From the IMG/VR virus record IMGVR_UViG_3300038345_000144: a DNA stretch of 64,000 nt; one strand, given 5' to 3'. The translations under genes and the position numbers were made by a program. Shown here in pieces: positions 32,262-42,574 of this stretch. The stretch comes from a virus. Lineage: Duplodnaviria > Caudoviricetes. The number at the start of each line of letters is the position of its first letter. The first letter of the stretch is position 1. Below the pieces are notes generated by a model. That model did not search any database. It worked only from the letters and a program-made list of their open reading frames with translations, and was not told the DNA's origin.

Positions 32262-34229
32262 TTACTCCTCCGTTGCTGAACCATCGTACTCAACCGAGCC
32301 GTGATAGAGGTAATCCTTACGAGCGTAAGCATTACTACCCTTAACTAACTCTAACCACTCTTCAAACTCTTGTTCGTCCTTAACTACCAAACGCTTCAAG
32401 TTACGAGTAGCAGGGTTAACCAACTGGTCATAAGTGTCGTCCTGTGACATTTCACCAAGACCCTTTGCTCTGGCAACTGTATATTTCTTACTCTTGTTCT
32501 TTTCTCTCCACTTGTTGAGTTCTGCATCGTTCTGGAAGAGAATATACTCACCATTAGGGAAAGTAACCTTATACAACGCACCATATACACGATAGATATA
32601 GCCGTTATATATAAGTTCAGGGCAAATTCTGTGGAATACCGTGATAAGAAGCATAGCAATATCAGAACCGTCGGCATCAGCGTCCGTTGTAATGATAATC
32701 TTGCTATATCTCAACTTCTTTTCGTCAAAGATAAGTCTAACGGCATTACCGTCTTCCATACTCAAACCGAGAGACTTAATAATAGCCATAACCTCACCAT
32801 TCTGCAAAATCTTTGAGGCAGAAACATCTTTACAGTTAAGTATCTTACCTCTAATAGGGAATGATGCTTGGAAAGAACTGTCCTTAACAGCGTTGATAGA
32901 CCCTACGGCAGAGTCACCCTCGCAAATCATAAGTTCGCACTTACTTCTATCACGCTTGTCCTTTGGATATGCGTCAGAAAGTTTTGTAGGAAGGTCAGTA
33001 AAGAGAGCCTTTGCACCCTTACCCTTCTTAACTTCACGCATCTTCTCACGGATTTTCTTGACTTCCTCTTCTTCTTTTCTCTGCTGAAGAGCCTTTTCTG
33101 TCATCATCTTGAGGCAGTCCTGATTATTACATAACCAAGTAGCAAAGTCACCACCGATAACGGCATTGATGATAGAAGCGTCAATATCGTCAACGATAGA
33201 CTTATTCTGTGCCTCGTATCTAACAGAAGCGGTTGTCATATTAAATACTACATATAATCCCTTTGAAACTTCGCTGAATGTGAAATTTTTATCCGACTTC
33301 TTGAGTAATCCCAAATCGGTTGCACACTTATTAACGGCTCTTACAAATGATGTCTTGAAAGCACCCAAGTGAGCACCACCAACAGTCGCACCGAGATTTA
33401 CGAAAGCCTCGATATGCTCATCATAGTTAGCAACCATAGTGATACAAATATTGAGAGAGTCGTCACCCATAGTTCTATTAGTAATGAACCTCTGTGGGAA
33501 TACCTCGTTATGTTCAACTTTCTTTGATACATACGCAGGCAATCCCTCTGGTTCGTGGAATACCTCTGTTGTACCATCGTGCGTATATTCAATTGTAAGG
33601 TTAGGACAGAACGCACAAGTCGGAGCAAACCAAGACTTGAGTGCATATACATTAGGAACATTCTCATTAAAGAATTGAGGGTCAGGAGACCAAGTAACTT
33701 CTGTACCTGAAGGTCTCTTTTTCTTACCAACTTCCCTCTTCTTGAGAAGTCCGTCCACAAAATCAAGTGACTCATACTCTCCGTCTCTATAAGAAGTTAC
33801 ATTTAACTTCAAGGAGAGCCAGTTAGCCAGTTTTGCACCGATACCGTTAAGACCGAGGGCAGAACCAGCATATACGCCGTTGTCTGTGGACTTACCTGAT
33901 GTGTTAATCGTATCAAACGACCTCTGCAAGATTGTCTTACCGTCTTTCATCGGCTCACCAGTCTTACGGTCAATACCTGGGTCGTTGATGATAAATCCTT
34001 GTCCATTATCCTTAACGGAATAAACATTATTTTTAGTATCAGAACTAACCGTAATGTGGTCGCCGTTACCGATAATGTGTTCGTCAATGGAGTTCGCAAC
34101 AATCTCTTTAATTAAGTTTGTGTTGTCTTTTGCTGAACCAAGATAAGTAGACGGTGCTCGTCTTGTGTACTCTCTTGGGTCTTCTTGATAAATACTTGAG
34201 TTGTCATAAGAATGTTTTACTTCACCCAT
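32262..34229 (-). CDS. gyrB: Type IIA topoisomerase subunit B (GyrB/ParE-like)
   Basis: EIVANSIDE, KDNGQG, GLNGIG, EGDSA, PIRGKILN, DADADG, KGLGEM. Confidence 0.93.
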   Translation of the reverse strand: MGEVKHSYDNSSIYQEDPREYTRRAPSTYLGSAKDNTNLIKEIVANSIDEHIIGNGDHITVSSDTKNNVYSVKDNGQGFIINDPGIDRKTGEPMKDGKTILQRSFDTINTSGKSTDNGVYAGSALGLNGIGAKLANWLSLKLNVTSYRDGEYESLDFVDGLLKKREVGKKKRPSGTEVTWSPDPQFFNENVPNVYALKSWFAPTCAFCPNLTIEYTHDGTTEVFHEPEGLPAYVSKKVEHNEVFPQRFITNRTMGDDSLNICITMVANYDEHIEAFVNLGATVGGAHLGAFKTSFVRAVNKCATDLGLLKKSDKNFTFSEVSKGLYVVFNMTTASVRYEAQNKSIVDDIDASIINAVIGGDFATWLCNNQDCLKMMTEKALQQRKEEEEVKKIREKMREVKKGKGAKALFTDLPTKLSDAYPKDKRDRSKCELMICEGDSAVGSINAVKDSSFQASFPIRGKILNCKDVSASKILQNGEVMAIIKSLGLSMEDGNAVRLIFDEKKLRYSKIIITTDADADGSDIAMLLITVFHRICPELIYNGYIYRVYGALYKVTFPNGEYILFQNDAELNKWREKNKSKKYTVARAKGLGEMSQDDTYDQLVNPATRNLKRLVVKDEQEFEEWLELVKGSNAYARKDYLYHGSVEYDGSATEE

Positions 34230-34373
34230 TTAACTTTATATCCTTTCACTAATTTTTACGTTTTTAATTAAAAGTCATTTTGTTACAAATGTCAATAGTT
34301 AATTTATTTTTTTGAAAATGGGACAGAAAAAGAACTCACAGGTCAATACAAAGACTGACCCGTGAGCCTATAA

Positions 34374-34970
34374 TTATACTTCGTTCCAGTCATCCAATTC
34401 CTTGATGTTCTTACGGCTTGCTATATAGTCAGCGATGTGAACCAACTTCTCGAAATCCGTTCTCGGCTTTGAGAGAGCCTTCTGCGGATTACCAGCCTTC
34501 TCGCCATAAGTATCAACGCACCACTTACCCATATGTGAGTAAATAGCGTCTGTAATCATATTAACCTTGAGGTCATCAATACCTGCTTCGGTCAAATGCT
34601 CTCTGACGAAATCACTTGCAAGTCTTGGATGCTCGAATACTGTGTGTGTTGAATATGTGCCGTCCTCGGCTACATAACCACTCTTCAAACAATCGTGGAA
34701 GAGGCAAGCGACCCTAACGATGTCTCTGTTAGCAGGGTTATCCCTAACAAACATTTCTGATGTTACGAGGTCATCACCGAACTTTGTAACCATAAGGGAG
34801 TGTCTTACAAGACCACCCTCACCCAAATCACATTCGGGGTGGTACTTACCTGATGATGATGCTGGTACGAGCCAGAAGTAGAACGGAATGTCCTCTACCA
34901 TCTTCAAGCAAGCCTCACGCAGAGCCTCGTCGTTAATACGCTTTACCGCTTCAATAAATTCGTTCTTCAT
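34374..34970 (-). CDS. HD-domain phosphohydrolase
   Basis: PASSSGKYH, GGLVRH, LFHD, HP, SHMG, HIADY. Confidence 0.88.
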   Translation of the reverse strand: MKNEFIEAVKRINDEALREACLKMVEDIPFYFWLVPASSSGKYHPECDLGEGGLVRHSLMVTKFGDDLVTSEMFVRDNPANRDIVRVACLFHDCLKSGYVAEDGTYSTHTVFEHPRLASDFVREHLTEAGIDDLKVNMITDAIYSHMGKWCVDTYGEKAGNPQKALSKPRTDFEKLVHIADYIASRKNIKELDDWNEV

Positions 34971-35010
34971 TTATATAATTTCCTTTCAAATAAAATACAG
35001 TGTTATGTTA

Positions 35011-35624
35011 TTATACCACAAACTTGTTCCATAGGTTAGTCACTTGTGCTACTATCCACTTACCAATACTTAAAAGACTTGGTAATGAATAACCAAAGCA
35101 ACCACAAATGAACACGATTAAGATATAACCTGCCGCTATCTTGAGGCAATCCTTGATTTTCACTTTACCTACAAAGTGTGCAATACCCAAGATGCAGGCT
35201 AATATAATCATATTAGTTGGCATTGATACTACACAATCAATTAAGTTTTGAAGTAATGTGCTTAACATCTTAAATCTCCTTCGTTAGTTTTTTACTTGGC
35301 TTTCTTTATCAATTTAGCCTTTTGTAATGCTTCTTCAACTGCTTGCAATTCTTTCATACACTTCAGTACGCTTTCGGTGTACTTGATTGCCTTGTCAAAT
35401 TCCTCGTCCGTCAGAGACATATTGCTCATCGGAAGAACAATCTTTGCTCGTTTCTTTGAGTCAATTTCAATCTTATATACTCCGTCAGCACCCCTACTAC
35501 CAATCTCGATGGTGTTCTTGGCTGTTGGCGTAGCATACCAAGTGTTTGATGGCACTTTCTTATTAGCAAAAGCCGTAATGTTCTGTGCCAATTCCTTTGT
35601 CTCGTCCGTAATACCAGTAGTCAT
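35011..35624 (-). CDS. Small membrane protein (35011-35268) and hypothetical protein (35292-35624)
   Basis: ORFs with RBSs; the first is hydrophobic. Confidence 0.6.
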
Positions 35625-35686
35625 TGTAATTTACCTCGCTTTTATTATTTATTAGTATAGTACGGAACGGCAAACCGTGTAGTGTT

Positions 35687-36139
35687 TTATCCTAACTGTC
35701 CTAATGATACCACAGGGGCAGTCCAATTATTGGGACAGATGAGCATAAAAGTCAACACAGTTATACCAAATTCAAGCGGTAGCATCGCTGGTATCTTCTC
35801 AACCCTGCTTTTACTCTTTTGAGTGGTTCTGTATAAGAGTGCATAAGCCAGAAAACACGCAATCAATGTTATCGCTAAAATCTTACTATTTACTATTATA
35901 ATTAAATAGCCCATCACGAAAAGGTACAGTATATCAATCGGGAAATCCTTAATTTTAGCCAAAACAATAACTACTAATCCCAACAATAGCGTATAGTCCA
36001 CTAAACAGGACACACTAATGTAATTGATTAGTAGTAACCAAATCGGAATTTCCTGATATTTTAGGTCATATACCGCTACCATTATTGATGATAGCAGTAA
36101 TATGCCTAATAAAACAAATTTGATAACAGTCATCATCAT
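35687..36139 (-). CDS. Prepilin peptidase (A24)-like polytopic membrane protein, possibly degenerate
   Basis: AVYDLKYQEIP first Asp motif and C-terminal IPAMLP; canonical GxGD not seen. Confidence 0.5.
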   Translation of the reverse strand: MMMTVIKFVLLGILLLSSIMVAVYDLKYQEIPIWLLLINYISVSCLVDYTLLLGLVVIVLAKIKDFPIDILYLFVMGYLIIIVNSKILAITLIACFLAYALLYRTTQKSKSRVEKIPAMLPLEFGITVLTFMLICPNNWTAPVVSLGQLG

Positions 36140-37182
36140 TTCAATAATGCGTCAGAATGTTCTCCAATATAGATTTTCTGCGGGATTTGTGCGTAGAATA
36201 GCGTATTATCCTGCATTACAGAGAGGAACCTCTTGGCATCATCAGTATTGAAGTAGCCTTGTTCTGTAAAAGTATAAACTCTATTCTTACTGTCAGCGAT
36301 GAACTTCTTGTAGAATTCATCAATCTTGTCAGCAAGGATTTGTTCATTTTCTTTAGAGAAATCAAGTTCCATATACTTCTTCTTACCGATAGGAGTAATG
36401 AGATAACCCTTTGAAATCTCTGTATTAAGTTCCTGCTCCATACCCCACTTATACAAAATCATAGAACCCAAATAACCGTCAAATGTTACATATTCAGGCT
36501 TTGGATTACCAGTCTTGTAGTCAAGGATAACTGGACCGACCTCATCACGATAGTCAATACGGTCTGCTACATAGGAAACGGCACAAGGGAGTGTATAGCC
36601 AATAGACTTGACATATAACTTCTCTCTGCCTCTATGCTCCGTTGAACATTTGAGTTTTGCGTCCTCAAGAATGTCCTTCGGGTGCAGATAGTCCTTAATA
36701 TCGTAATATCCCTTAACAAAACTCTCAAGTTTCTCTCTGTCCTGACCAGGTGCTATAACCTCGTCTAAAATCTCAAAGAGTTTGCTTCTATGTCTTTCAT
36801 CAGCAGGGAGATTATAGTAAATTTCCATAATCTTGTGGAACGCAGTACCTAAAGCGGTAGCGTCATTGACCTGCTCGGTAAAGAAATTCTGCATCAACAA
36901 AAGGGCGGGGTTAGTCATATAACCAGAGAGAAAACTCGGTGAGAAGTAATCTCCGCTAAATCTATTCAATAGAGACTGAATGGAAGAACCATAGCCCTGA
37001 TAGATAGCAACATTTCTGGTCTGATGCTTATTGTTGTACGCCTTTACGAGTTTCTGAATGAGTAATTCACAATCAGTAAAAAGTGCTGATGCGTCCAATG
37101 TCTTGTTGTTAATTTTAGCAACATAAGTTAAGAGGTAGTCTTTACCTTCTTCTGTAATAATCTGGTCTCTAATATCGCCCAT
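36136..37182 (-). CDS. PD-(D/E)XK nuclease, RecB/AddB-family
   Basis: FSPS, LGTAFHKIME, ADRID, ILDYKTG. Confidence 0.85.
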   Translation of the reverse strand: MGDIRDQIITEEGKDYLLTYVAKINNKTLDASALFTDCELLIQKLVKAYNNKHQTRNVAIYQGYGSSIQSLLNRFSGDYFSPSFLSGYMTNPALLLMQNFFTEQVNDATALGTAFHKIMEIYYNLPADERHRSKLFEILDEVIAPGQDREKLESFVKGYYDIKDYLHPKDILEDAKLKCSTEHRGREKLYVKSIGYTLPCAVSYVADRIDYRDEVGPVILDYKTGNPKPEYVTFDGYLGSMILYKWGMEQELNTEISKGYLITPIGKKKYMELDFSKENEQILADKIDEFYKKFIADSKNRVYTFTEQGYFNTDDAKRFLSVMQDNTLFYAQIPQKIYIGEHSDALLK

Positions 37183-37517
37183 TAAGAAAACACCCTTTCT
37201 ATAATCTGTTCGTCAGGTTCAAAAATAAAATCTGACTCTATTTCGGCATTATTACTATCATACTGGGTTTCAAACCATTTGTAAAGGGCAACAATGTCGT
37301 GGTTTGTAAGCAATCTGTTAGGTGTGAGTAAGACTTTACCGTACTTATTCTGTCTGTTTATCAGCCAAGTTATACGGTTAATCTTGAACTCCTTAAACTC
37401 CTTATTGAGTCTCTTTCTTGTCACCTCATCGTGAATTTCGTGGTTATTGAGTTTGTCCTCGGCAGTAGCCTTTTCACGCTCATTACCTACATACTTAAAT
37501 TCTGCTACATAAATCAT
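37182..37517 (-). CDS. Hypothetical protein coupled to the RNAP gene
   Basis: 111 aa ORF overlapping both neighbours. Confidence 0.65.
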   Translation of the reverse strand: MIYVAEFKYVGNEREKATAEDKLNNHEIHDEVTRKRLNKEFKEFKINRITWLINRQNKYGKVLLTPNRLLTNHDIVALYKWFETQYDSNNAEIESDFIFEPDEQIIERVFS

Positions 37518-38515
37518 ACTTTCTTCGCTCCCTTGTATCTGTCGGTGGCAATCTCGGTCTTAACAGAGTTAGCCTCAAATGTTCCTGCTACAAGCAACTT
37601 CTCGAAAGACTGCTGTGTAGGTTTATAGATAAACGCTCCAAACTTATCACCCTGCTGGAGGAAAGATGTCTGTAAAGCGGCGAACTTACCGTTTCTCCAT
37701 CTTGAGAGTAAGGCAACTTCGTAAAATCTTGACTCAACTCCTACATTACCAATCTGGTCGATAATTTCCTGTATCTTTTCCTTTGCTTCAGCGATATTCT
37801 TAATCTTCGGTATCTTCTGCTCAAGCAATACATTGATACGCTCGGAGGTTCCCTTGTTCATAGCATCCAAAGCACCCTGCGTAGCGTACTCTGTAATCAT
37901 ATAAGTAGCCCATTCGCCAATGTTGATAGGTACGAAGGTAGAGTCCCATTCTCTTCTGTAAAGACCAGCACACTTCGCACAGAAATGTCTGATACCGTGA
38001 GTACAAGTAAGGAAGTTACGAATGTGGATAGTACCACGCTTCGGAAGTTCGGAGTAGTCCTCAACATAACGGTCCAACTCCATAACCCAGTGGTTCCTTA
38101 TCTTGTAGTTGAAAGTATCTTCATCAACTGGCATCTTGAACTCAACGCCTTCGCTCTTGCAGTCGGCAATATCAATGCTCATACCGTCACAAGAACTTGC
38201 CAGTTTTTTCCAGAAGTAACCAGAAGCCGTAATATCCGTAACATTAGCGGAAATTACCTGCTTCATAAACTTATTTGACTCTTCCTCGGAGTAATTGTCA
38301 GTTCTTCTGTTAACAGAGTTGGCAATATCTTTTGTGTTACCAGTAAACTCGGTGATGTTCTCAATTTTCTTCATAGAAGTCTTGTTCTTCTCACCAAAAG
38401 CCTTTGCAAAGTCGCCTACATTCGGGATGTAGCACTTGGTAAACATAGCCATTCTGTCTGCATTGTACTGTTCTAAATACTCGTCACGACTTACTCTTTT
38501 AAGTTTTTTAGCCAT
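37514..38515 (-). CDS. rpoC: RNA polymerase beta' C-terminal part (bridge helix, second Zn site, trigger loop)
   Basis: ASGYFWKKL (cf. SGYLTRRL), DC, RNFLTC...FCAKCAG (cf. RSxxxC...CxxCYG), ITEYATQGAL (cf. IGEPGTQLTM). Confidence 0.8.
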   Translation of the reverse strand: MAKKLKRVSRDEYLEQYNADRMAMFTKCYIPNVGDFAKAFGEKNKTSMKKIENITEFTGNTKDIANSVNRRTDNYSEEESNKFMKQVISANVTDITASGYFWKKLASSCDGMSIDIADCKSEGVEFKMPVDEDTFNYKIRNHWVMELDRYVEDYSELPKRGTIHIRNFLTCTHGIRHFCAKCAGLYRREWDSTFVPINIGEWATYMITEYATQGALDAMNKGTSERINVLLEQKIPKIKNIAEAKEKIQEIIDQIGNVGVESRFYEVALLSRWRNGKFAALQTSFLQQGDKFGAFIYKPTQQSFEKLLVAGTFEANSVKTEIATDRYKGAKKV

Positions 38516-38984
38516 TCTTTTTATCCTCTATCTTTGCGGTGGTTTCGTCTGTTTTATCTGCAATACATACAAGCACAGTGTCGTCTGCCAAATAAAGCGT
38601 TAACTCATTACCGTCGATAACCATACTCGCATTATCGCTGTTGTTATCGAATACAATGATATACTCTACGGCAGTCTCACTCTGGGGCTTTTCACCTTCC
38701 TCAAGTTGTCTCTTTTCGTAAGTACCGTGTTCCTGCGACACTACTTCTCCGTCAACCTTAATGCCAATGTCAATGTCCTTCTTTCCTAACTGGACGATTA
38801 CTTCAGCATTTTGAGCAAGATTTGTTCGATAAATAGTCTTGGTGGGTTTCAAGAGCAAGATAGTGGCAAATATGATAATACCGATAACCAATATAGCAAA
38901 GAATACTACATTGGAGTTAATCGGAGGCATATTACCCTTCTTGGCGGGCTTTTTCTTTGTCTCGGTCTTTTTCTCTTCAGCCAT
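38508..38984 (-). CDS. Single-TM membrane protein inserted between the two beta' halves
   Basis: Hydrophobic VVFFAILVIGIIIFATILLL. Confidence 0.7.
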   Translation of the reverse strand: MAEEKKTETKKKPAKKGNMPPINSNVVFFAILVIGIIIFATILLLKPTKTIYRTNLAQNAEVIVQLGKKDIDIGIKVDGEVVSQEHGTYEKRQLEEGEKPQSETAVEYIIVFDNNSDNASMVIDGNELTLYLADDTVLVCIADKTDETTAKIEDKKNG

Positions 38985-38987
38985 AGA

Positions 38988-40292
38988 TTACTCCTTTGTT
39001 GCCATCATTTGGGCTGTTATTATCCATTCTACATACTCAAACTCTTCGAGCAATCTGTTACGGATGCTGGAGTTTGAACCCTCGATATAGTTATGACTCG
39101 GTAACAACTTCTCTGCTTCCTTACAAGCCTTCTTTGTGTAAAGAGCAATAACATTAAGCGTGTCACCGTCAACATCTGCGGCGAGTCCGTCATAGATGAT
39201 AGGATTTGTCTGGATAACATACTTCTCGTCATCATCAGCAGAGAAATATGGTATCATTCCCATAATGGACTTTGCACCAATTGTAGGTTGGCGGTTCAAA
39301 AGAACATAATAATGTCCATCTTCCAAAATCTTGTTAACCTTATCAATGTCGGTCTTACCTGTTGTCTTATCCGTACAATCAGCGTAAATCTTCGGATAAA
39401 GTGTCTTAATGAACCAACTACCAATGACAATCTTATCTTCAGGCAAACGGCAGTTATTTGTCATAACGGCTCTAATCATACCTGTCTGGGGCTGTCCCCT
39501 CAACTCATTGGCGATGATGTTTCTCTTGTTCTTGGCAAGTATCTGGAACAAAGACTTATACAACTTCTCAAGGGTTGCACAAGTGACATATCTGATGTTC
39601 AACTCGTTAATCTTTGTCAGTCTGCTGTTTACAGAGAACTTATCATACTTGAGTTTCTGTCTGATAATCTTGATATATAACTGGTTCAACTGTCCGAGGA
39701 ACCTCTTACCATTCTGGAAAGTAATCTTTCTGAATGATGTGTGAGGGATAGCGATGAGCCTGTGAGTGTTTCTCTCATACCACTTACGGATGTCCTCCGA
39801 GTCCTCGATATAGAACAGAGCGTCCTTACCGTAGAGAATACGGTCTTCCTCGTAGATGGACATATCCTTCTTGAGGTCAAACTCAACAATCTGGTCTTCT
39901 TCGTCTCCCTTTCCCTTATAGATAAACCACTTATAGTATAAGAGGTTATACATCATATCCATTGTTGCTTTGTCGAAATCAAATTCGTCATCGCAGTTCC
40001 AGTCAAAGACCCAGTTAGGGAGGTCAAAGCCAAACTTTACATAGAAGTTAGGCATCCTTCTCTTATCAAGAACACGGCAACCACAGGCTTCACAGATACC
40101 AGGTCTGGTCAAAAGACCGCACTTACAGTGTCCAAACTTACCGAATATTTTTTCGGAGAAGATACCTTCCTCGTCAAAAAGATATTCACCAGTTACGCTG
40201 TCCTTAATCTTACGAGCCTGAAAAACCTTATCTGAAGTAACTTCATTCATAGGGTTTTCTTTAATCTTAATCGGCTTCACTGTTATCTTCAT
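38988..40292 (-). CDS. rpoC: RNA polymerase beta' N-terminal/catalytic part
   Basis: GIFSEKIFG, CKCG...CEACG zinc finger, RAVM, LLNRQPT, catalytic AADVDGD (DxDGD). Confidence 0.9.
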   Translation of the reverse strand: MKITVKPIKIKENPMNEVTSDKVFQARKIKDSVTGEYLFDEEGIFSEKIFGKFGHCKCGLLTRPGICEACGCRVLDKRRMPNFYVKFGFDLPNWVFDWNCDDEFDFDKATMDMMYNLLYYKWFIYKGKGDEEDQIVEFDLKKDMSIYEEDRILYGKDALFYIEDSEDIRKWYERNTHRLIAIPHTSFRKITFQNGKRFLGQLNQLYIKIIRQKLKYDKFSVNSRLTKINELNIRYVTCATLEKLYKSLFQILAKNKRNIIANELRGQPQTGMIRAVMTNNCRLPEDKIVIGSWFIKTLYPKIYADCTDKTTGKTDIDKVNKILEDGHYYVLLNRQPTIGAKSIMGMIPYFSADDDEKYVIQTNPIIYDGLAADVDGDTLNVIALYTKKACKEAEKLLPSHNYIEGSNSSIRNRLLEEFEYVEWIITAQMMATKE

Positions 40293-42546
40293 TCGAGTCC
40301 TCTTCCTTTCCCATAATAGAGTTAATTTGCTGTAAATCCCTCTCGTCCAAACCCTTATAGTCTACGACATTGTTCTCAATGGAGATACTGTAACCCATTG
40401 ACTTAACAACCTCAATAAAGTTAAGGGAAAGTCTTGTATTTTCTGGAAGTTCTCTGGTTTCCTGCATATCAGCAATCATTCTGTGGGAGCCAATATACTT
40501 TGTAACACTTCTGATACCCAACTCCTTGAGGATATTAGGGCAATCGTTTGCTACAAGGTTCATCTTCTCCATTTCACCGAACTTCAGTGTTCTGCCGTAT
40601 GCGGAGTCTGCCGATGACTCGGAGATATGGGTTGCGGCGTGGTGGTACAGTCTCATAATATAGTTGAGACCAACAGGTACGGTCTGCTTCTGTCCCTTAT
40701 ACTCCAATACAGAGTTCTTGGCATATTCCTTCATCTGGTCAGCATAACGCTCAATCATAATAGCAATAAAGTCTTCGTTTTCACCGTATTCAATATTGCT
40801 TGCCAATGCCCAAGCCTCAAAAATCTGACCAAGTGAACCTCTACGCATTGTAGAGAAACCTGAAATAACAATTTCCATAGGTCCTGCCTTCATATCGCCT
40901 ACATCGTGCAAGAGACGAGGCATCTGGTCGTCAGGAAGGATAAGTCCTACTGTACCCTTCGCACCGTGGAGGTTGGTAATCTTATCACCAAGTCTGAACG
41001 GGATTTCCCAAGACAGGAATACACGGATATTGTTCTTATCTACCTCATCAAATCTGTCAATCTTGAAGTTCTCATAGTTTGAAAGCACAGCGTCACTCTT
41101 GTTAGGGAATAACTGCTTAAGAGCCTCTAAATTAAAGTCCTGCTTGGCAATAAGAGCAAAGTCCTTTGAATTCTTATTTAAGTATAAAATTGTCTTGTCA
41201 AAAGTTCTTAACCTTTCGGCAAATGACTTTGAAATAATCATTGAGTCGGCGGCAGTATATCCCTCAATGTCGCAAAAACAAACCCTTGCCTTAATTCTGT
41301 GTGTAAGAGGGTCAATTTCCTCTGCTAACGGAACTGCCTGTGATGTCATTTTAGCGTTCATCATAATACGCTTCGGCTTATCGTTGTTACCAAACGGAGC
41401 CTTTGACAAACAAGAAAGACGGGCTTTCTGCGGGTCGGTGAAATACTCGTACATATTCTTCTGTACGCCGTTCTCATCTACAATCCACAACATTCCCTTC
41501 TTCGTTACAACATTATCAAGCAACAATCTCTGACGACCTGCTGACTGTGATGTTACAGTCTTGAATGAGTCAAAGAAACCGTTAGTGTCTGTGTAAGTAA
41601 ACGCAGGCTTGAATTTGGTCTTCTTATCATCATCACCATTATGGTCGTAATGATTGCTTGGAGCGTTGTCGTTACCATTGTAAATATTTACGCAAGTTCT
41701 GAAGTTTTCAAGTGCAAAAATAAGGCTTTCGCTACGAACAAGGCAACCTTCGAGGTTCTCGCCTGATGTCGTGTACTGCTTTGCCTTTGAAGCAATAATA
41801 GTGTTGATACCCAAGAGTATCTTCTTTGTAGGTTGAGCAAACTTCTTGGAGTTAAGGATAATATCCTCAAAGTATTCCATTCTGGAGAACTTATAATTGA
41901 AGATACTGTCGCTCCTGAACTTTGGAACCTGTCTCAAAGCCTCTGTAAAGTTATCCAGTGTGAGAGGCTCCTTGATAATAGACATCAACAAGCACTTGGA
42001 CCTGAAAGTGAGGTTATTGAATACCTCTTCTTTTGTAGGCTCAAACTGGTTTTTAGGGTCTTTGTAAGTACATTCAAAGGTGTCAGAAGGAATATCATAC
42101 TTCCAACCGTTATCACCTCTGATGGTCTGGAAATCCCAACGAGCCAAAGCCCCGTAGAAGTCCTTAACGGCTGTCACACGGGTTACATAGTGGGTTCTGT
42201 TGATAATCCAGCAAAGGTCAATACAGGGCAACGGCATCGCCCCTAATTTGAGACGCTTGCCGTTGTAATCACCTGAAATATCGACACACATAGAGTGAAA
42301 ATTTAACTTCAACTGATATGAGTTCTTTGTCTGTTTAGACGCATCATAGTTAAGTACGCCGTTGTTAAAATATCTGGCTAACTTACAGGGTGAGTCCGTA
42401 TTCCAATACTTCTCGCAATCCCTGTCGATGCTTGCCTGAATATCAGCAAAGTTGTCATTTTCATCAATAGGAGTTAGCCCCAAAAAAGACTGATTTGCAA
42501 CAGTCCAAAAGGCTAACTCTTTGGCATAAAGTTCCGTAATTGTCAT
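40267..42546 (-). CDS. rpoB: RNA polymerase beta subunit (compact)
   Basis: RIMMNAKMTSQAVPL (cf. RALMGANMQRQAVP), GDKITNLHGAKG, RGSLGQIFE, YIMRLYH, KFGEME. Confidence 0.9.
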   Translation of the reverse strand: MTITELYAKELAFWTVANQSFLGLTPIDENDNFADIQASIDRDCEKYWNTDSPCKLARYFNNGVLNYDASKQTKNSYQLKLNFHSMCVDISGDYNGKRLKLGAMPLPCIDLCWIINRTHYVTRVTAVKDFYGALARWDFQTIRGDNGWKYDIPSDTFECTYKDPKNQFEPTKEEVFNNLTFRSKCLLMSIIKEPLTLDNFTEALRQVPKFRSDSIFNYKFSRMEYFEDIILNSKKFAQPTKKILLGINTIIASKAKQYTTSGENLEGCLVRSESLIFALENFRTCVNIYNGNDNAPSNHYDHNGDDDKKTKFKPAFTYTDTNGFFDSFKTVTSQSAGRQRLLLDNVVTKKGMLWIVDENGVQKNMYEYFTDPQKARLSCLSKAPFGNNDKPKRIMMNAKMTSQAVPLAEEIDPLTHRIKARVCFCDIEGYTAADSMIISKSFAERLRTFDKTILYLNKNSKDFALIAKQDFNLEALKQLFPNKSDAVLSNYENFKIDRFDEVDKNNIRVFLSWEIPFRLGDKITNLHGAKGTVGLILPDDQMPRLLHDVGDMKAGPMEIVISGFSTMRRGSLGQIFEAWALASNIEYGENEDFIAIMIERYADQMKEYAKNSVLEYKGQKQTVPVGLNYIMRLYHHAATHISESSADSAYGRTLKFGEMEKMNLVANDCPNILKELGIRSVTKYIGSHRMIADMQETRELPENTRLSLNFIEVVKSMGYSISIENNVVDYKGLDERDLQQINSIMGKEEDSNEDNSEAD

Positions 42547-42574
42547 TTATGCACTCCTTATAGTGTTTTATTTA

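Noticed and set aside
27924-37182. SF2 helicase, HD protein and PD-(D/E)XK nuclease near array B read as a split Cas3 plus Cas4
   Set aside because: The helicase looks ResIII-like. The HD protein is a common stand-alone phage type separated from it by the topoisomerase genes, and the nuclease lacks the Cas4 Fe-S cysteines. No Cas1, Cas5, Cas6 or Cas7-like ORF is recognisable.
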